This document shows, in pieces, positions 61,555 to 64,000 of a DNA stretch of 64,000 nt. Source of the DNA: an uncultured Chloroflexia bacterium (GTDB taxonomy: Bacteria > Chloroflexota > Chloroflexia > Thermomicrobiales > Thermomicrobiaceae); assembly GCA_963785465.1 (NCBI GenBank), contig CAWAVM010000004.1, positions 9,908 to 73,907 of the forward strand, read 5' to 3'. Made by a program: the position numbers and the translations under genes. Position 1 is the first letter of the stretch. Each line of letters opens with the position of its first letter. Under the pieces are notes generated by a model. That model made no database searches. It was not told where the DNA came from and saw only the letters and a list, made by a program, of their open reading frames with translations.

Positions 61555-62253
61555 CTACATCATAAATTTCTGCATTCGCATAAGGTACACGTCAATTTGC
61601 CTGTGTACCTCGGCCTCGGCGCCGTCCGCATCCCCATTCGCGATTAAATCGACGAGATCGCAATGAGACCTATACCAGATATCAGCAGTATCTGAAGATC
61701 GGAAAAAGAGTTGCCAGTATCGAAGTAGTGACATGTTTATCTCGAGCGAGAAATTCTTCAGATATTCGTTTCCGGCGAGGTTACCAAGCCTGATGTGAAA
61801 TTCGAGGTCGCCGTCCGCAATCATGTCAAACGTACCGTCGGTGAAGTGTTGTTCGGTGCGTTTGAGAATCGAGCGAAGTTGATCGACGCAATTGGCAGTG
61901 ACGCGACTGGCGGCGAGTCGTGCTATGGGTGGTTCGATCAAACGCCGGACCTCGTTCAGTTGCTGGACCTGAGTTAGAGAAAGGTGGCTAACCCATGCAC
62001 CCCGGCGAGGAGATCGCACAATCAGGTGTTCGTATGACAGACGAAGCATCGCTTCTCGGAGCGGCGTGCGCCCGACCCTCAGATGGTCCATCAGTTCTCG
62101 TTCGTCGATCGTTGCGCCCGGCGGTAGTTCGTGGGTGATAATCATCCGACGGAGTTCATAGTAGGCTCTCTCAACCTTGAGCGGACCAGGTGCTCGCTTC
62201 CTAACGGTGGCCATAGCCACGAATTTACCTCTTTCCTCTATTGACGGCATCAT
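61555..62253 (-). CDS. GntR-family regulator (FadR/FCD subfamily)
   Basis: Winged-HTH ERELMDHLRVGRTPLREAMLRL plus a helical FCD-like C-domain. An alternative start at 62214 is possible. Confidence 0.8.
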   Translation of the reverse strand: MMPSIEERGKFVAMATVRKRAPGPLKVERAYYELRRMIITHELPPGATIDERELMDHLRVGRTPLREAMLRLSYEHLIVRSPRRGAWVSHLSLTQVQQLNEVRRLIEPPIARLAASRVTANCVDQLRSILKRTEQHFTDGTFDMIADGDLEFHIRLGNLAGNEYLKNFSLEINMSLLRYWQLFFRSSDTADIWYRSHCDLVDLIANGDADGAEAEVHRQIDVYLMRMQKFMM

Positions 62254-62672
62254 CTGCCGTCACGATAGACCGTAGCATCCGACAATCTAACGCCGGTCGC
62301 TTTGATGTCGTGCTGCCCTGAGCATCAATGCCGTGTCTAATATGGGCGACGAGAGGACATAACGCGCCGGGTCAGACCTGTCATTGAAAGGGAGCGACGC
62401 CACTGAACGGCTTTACAGCGAATTTCAATGACGTTGATCTCCTGCCGAACTGCTCCAACCCCTTCAACTGGCTTTGTATCCTCAGCCCGGCATCTTTCAC
62501 TCCCGGGACTGCGCGGCCAATCGTGGATTGACCTTTCCGCTAATTGCGTCACGCCAGCGAATGGCCGTCAAACTTCGTCGCGTATTTGTCTCACCCACCA
62601 ATATTACCGCATAACAACGTTTTCAAGTGTTCACTGAGTGAACCGCGCCTCGCTGGCGTCATTGCGTTTGCT

Positions 62673-62702
62673 GCGGTATCGTGACGTCGGCGACGATACC
62701 GC
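62673..62702 (+). other. 10-bp perfect hairpin in the crcB leader
   Basis: GCGGTATCGT-gacgtcggcg-ACGATACCGC, 78 nt upstream of the crcB ATG. No U-tract; function unknown. Confidence 0.3.
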
Positions 62703-62779
62703 ACGTCGACTCCCTCACCGTTGACTGCGGGATTCTGACCGAGCCGCTTCGAACGAGGAAGGTGGTTGAACGCCCGCGG

Positions 62780-63160
62780 ATGAATACATTACTCGTGGCG
62801 ATCGGTGGCGCGATTGGTGCCGCTGGACGGTATCTCATCGGTGGATGGGTTCAATCGTTTGCGGGGACCGGATTCCCACTCGGGACGTTTTTCGTCAACA
62901 TTACGGGTTCGATGGTCATCGGGATCATTCTGGGGTTAGCTGAACGGGGTGCGCTCTCGGGGCAGGCACGCCTATTGCTGGCGGTTGGGGTAATGGGAGG
63001 TTACACGACCTTCTCGAGTTTCAGCTACGACAACCTCGGCCTGTTGCAATCGGGCGAAACTGGTCGCCTTCTGGTCAATATCGTCGGGCAGATCGCCATC
63101 GGCCTGTTCGCCGCCTACCTCGGCGTTGTTCTGGCCAGAACAATTGGAGGCTACTCGTGA
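62780..63160 (+). CDS. crcB: fluoride channel CrcB/FluC
   Basis: MNTLLVAIGGAIGAAGRYL, PLGTFFVNITGS and GGYTTFSSF motifs. The internal ATG at 62780 was chosen over the track GTG at 62681. Confidence 0.8.
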   Translation: MNTLLVAIGGAIGAAGRYLIGGWVQSFAGTGFPLGTFFVNITGSMVIGIILGLAERGALSGQARLLLAVGVMGGYTTFSSFSYDNLGLLQSGETGRLLVNIVGQIAIGLFAAYLGVVLARTIGGYS

Positions 63161-63489
63161 ACATGAGCGATGCGGTCAAACTCACAGCCTACGTCAGCGA
63201 ATCGGTTCGCCACGAACATAAACCGCTCTACGAGGCGATACTCGAGCTCCTCCATCAAGAGGGGATTTCAGGAGCCACGGTCGCGCACGGTACGGCGGGC
63301 TACGGCGCCGACAAGCAGCTTCACACGATCAAGATCTTGAGGTTATCGAACGACCTGCCAGTGGTCGTCACGGCGATCGACACACGCGAGAAGATCGACG
63401 CGGTGATCCCCAAGCTCGACACCATGATCCAAAAGGGCTTGCTGACGGTCGAAGATGTAACGATCGTCTTTCATCGACCTGAGATCTAA
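63157..63489 (+). CDS. DUF190 (PII-like) protein commonly paired with crcB
   Basis: LTAYVSESVRHEHKPLYEAILELLHQEGISGATV pattern. The start overlaps the crcB stop (GTGA); an ATG at 63163 is also possible. Confidence 0.7.
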   Translation: MNMSDAVKLTAYVSESVRHEHKPLYEAILELLHQEGISGATVAHGTAGYGADKQLHTIKILRLSNDLPVVVTAIDTREKIDAVIPKLDTMIQKGLLTVEDVTIVFHRPEI

Positions 63490-64000
63490 GCGAGATCCGC
63501 AACGACACTCCCACAGAACCAGGAGTAGCGGGACCACGATCTTGATCGCGGCAGCCCCGCATGATCTCCTATTTCCAATTGCGGATATCGATTGAAGCCC
63601 TATCGCGTCATTCGCGAACCTTCCCGCCCACTCGATTCCCGGACGATTTGAGCACCCCGATAAGCATTGTTGGGGCGACAGTAGAATGGCAATCTTCAAT
63701 GCCTCGATGTCGCGACTCTTCCGCCTTCGGTCCTCCCTTTATGCTCGAAGAACCCTCAGGATCGCCGACCACAGTCTTCAGCAGATAGGACCGAGTCAAA
63801 CTTGTTCCATCGCCAAGCGAGACCGGACGTACAATTAGGTCAGCACGCCGCACCTGGCGGACACCCGCCGGGCCGCGAGGTAGGGTCCGATTGATTGGTT
63901 GCTCGACGCAGATCAACCACTGGTAGTAGTCGCCTTTTCTGCCGTCGGACGTGGGGATGAACAGCTTGTCTCAGCGCAGCGTGAACGGTCGAGTACGCCG

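Noticed and set aside
62337-62637. Two about 70-aa ORFs (62337..62552 minus, 62428..62637 plus) in the GntR-crcB gap.
   Set aside because: They mutually overlap, have no RBS, and give Arg/Ser-rich translations. They are not supported as genes.
62640-62780. Fluoride riboswitch directly upstream of crcB.
   Set aside because: The conserved cores (GGnGAUGG, AACCGCC, CUGAUGA, CCUAC) and the P1/pseudoknot could not be located by eye. It is reported as an open question, not as a feature.

Overview
This is a gene-dense stretch of bacterial chromosome with fairly high GC by eye. About 55 protein-coding genes can be supported. I found no rRNA, tRNA, CRISPR array, transposase, integrase or phage gene. 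The content is mostly accessory metabolism and envelope functions. It includes four luciferase-like (LLM, probably F420/flavin) oxidoreductases, an amidase, M20 and M24 peptidases, two NodB-type deacetylases, an acyl-CoA dehydrogenase and two VOC proteins. Also present are DinB, ornithine carbamoyltransferase, dCTP deaminase, a 1-Cys peroxiredoxin, a PduO-type corrinoid adenosyltransferase, GlgX, PPK2, a proline-racemase-family enzyme, gamma-glutamyltransferase and CrcB/DUF190. Envelope genes are an LCP ligase, a BNR-repeat lipoprotein and a GT87-like membrane glycosyltransferase. Regulators are ArsR/SmtB, a second ArsR-like HTH, GntR, and a large SARP-NB-ARC-TPR protein. This mix (LLM paralogs, GT87, LCP, SARP) fits an actinobacterial or Chloroflexota-like organism, but I cannot assign taxonomy from sequence alone. 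I found no convincing complete new system. The observations most worth a second look are listed here. (1) Four long genes (P1B ATPase, about 990-aa FAD/Fe-S oxidoreductase, about 997-aa double-FtsX permease, alpha/beta hydrolase) each need a +1 frame correction. Two of the breaks sit in the same octamer GGAAGTCG in the same codon phase. (2) A 60-bp tandem repeat plus inverted copy lies between convergent genes at 12869-13060. (3) An orphan protein carries a threefold DPWHPG tail. (4) A translationally coupled ACAD-M20-deacetylase-deacetylase operon faces an M24-LLM-RraA unit. (5) The SARP-STAND regulator is tightly coupled to an alpha/beta-hydrolase::GT1-like fusion. (6) Two clean promoter/operator architectures sit upstream of the ArsR-type regulators. 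All functional calls come from motif recognition by eye; no database search was possible.
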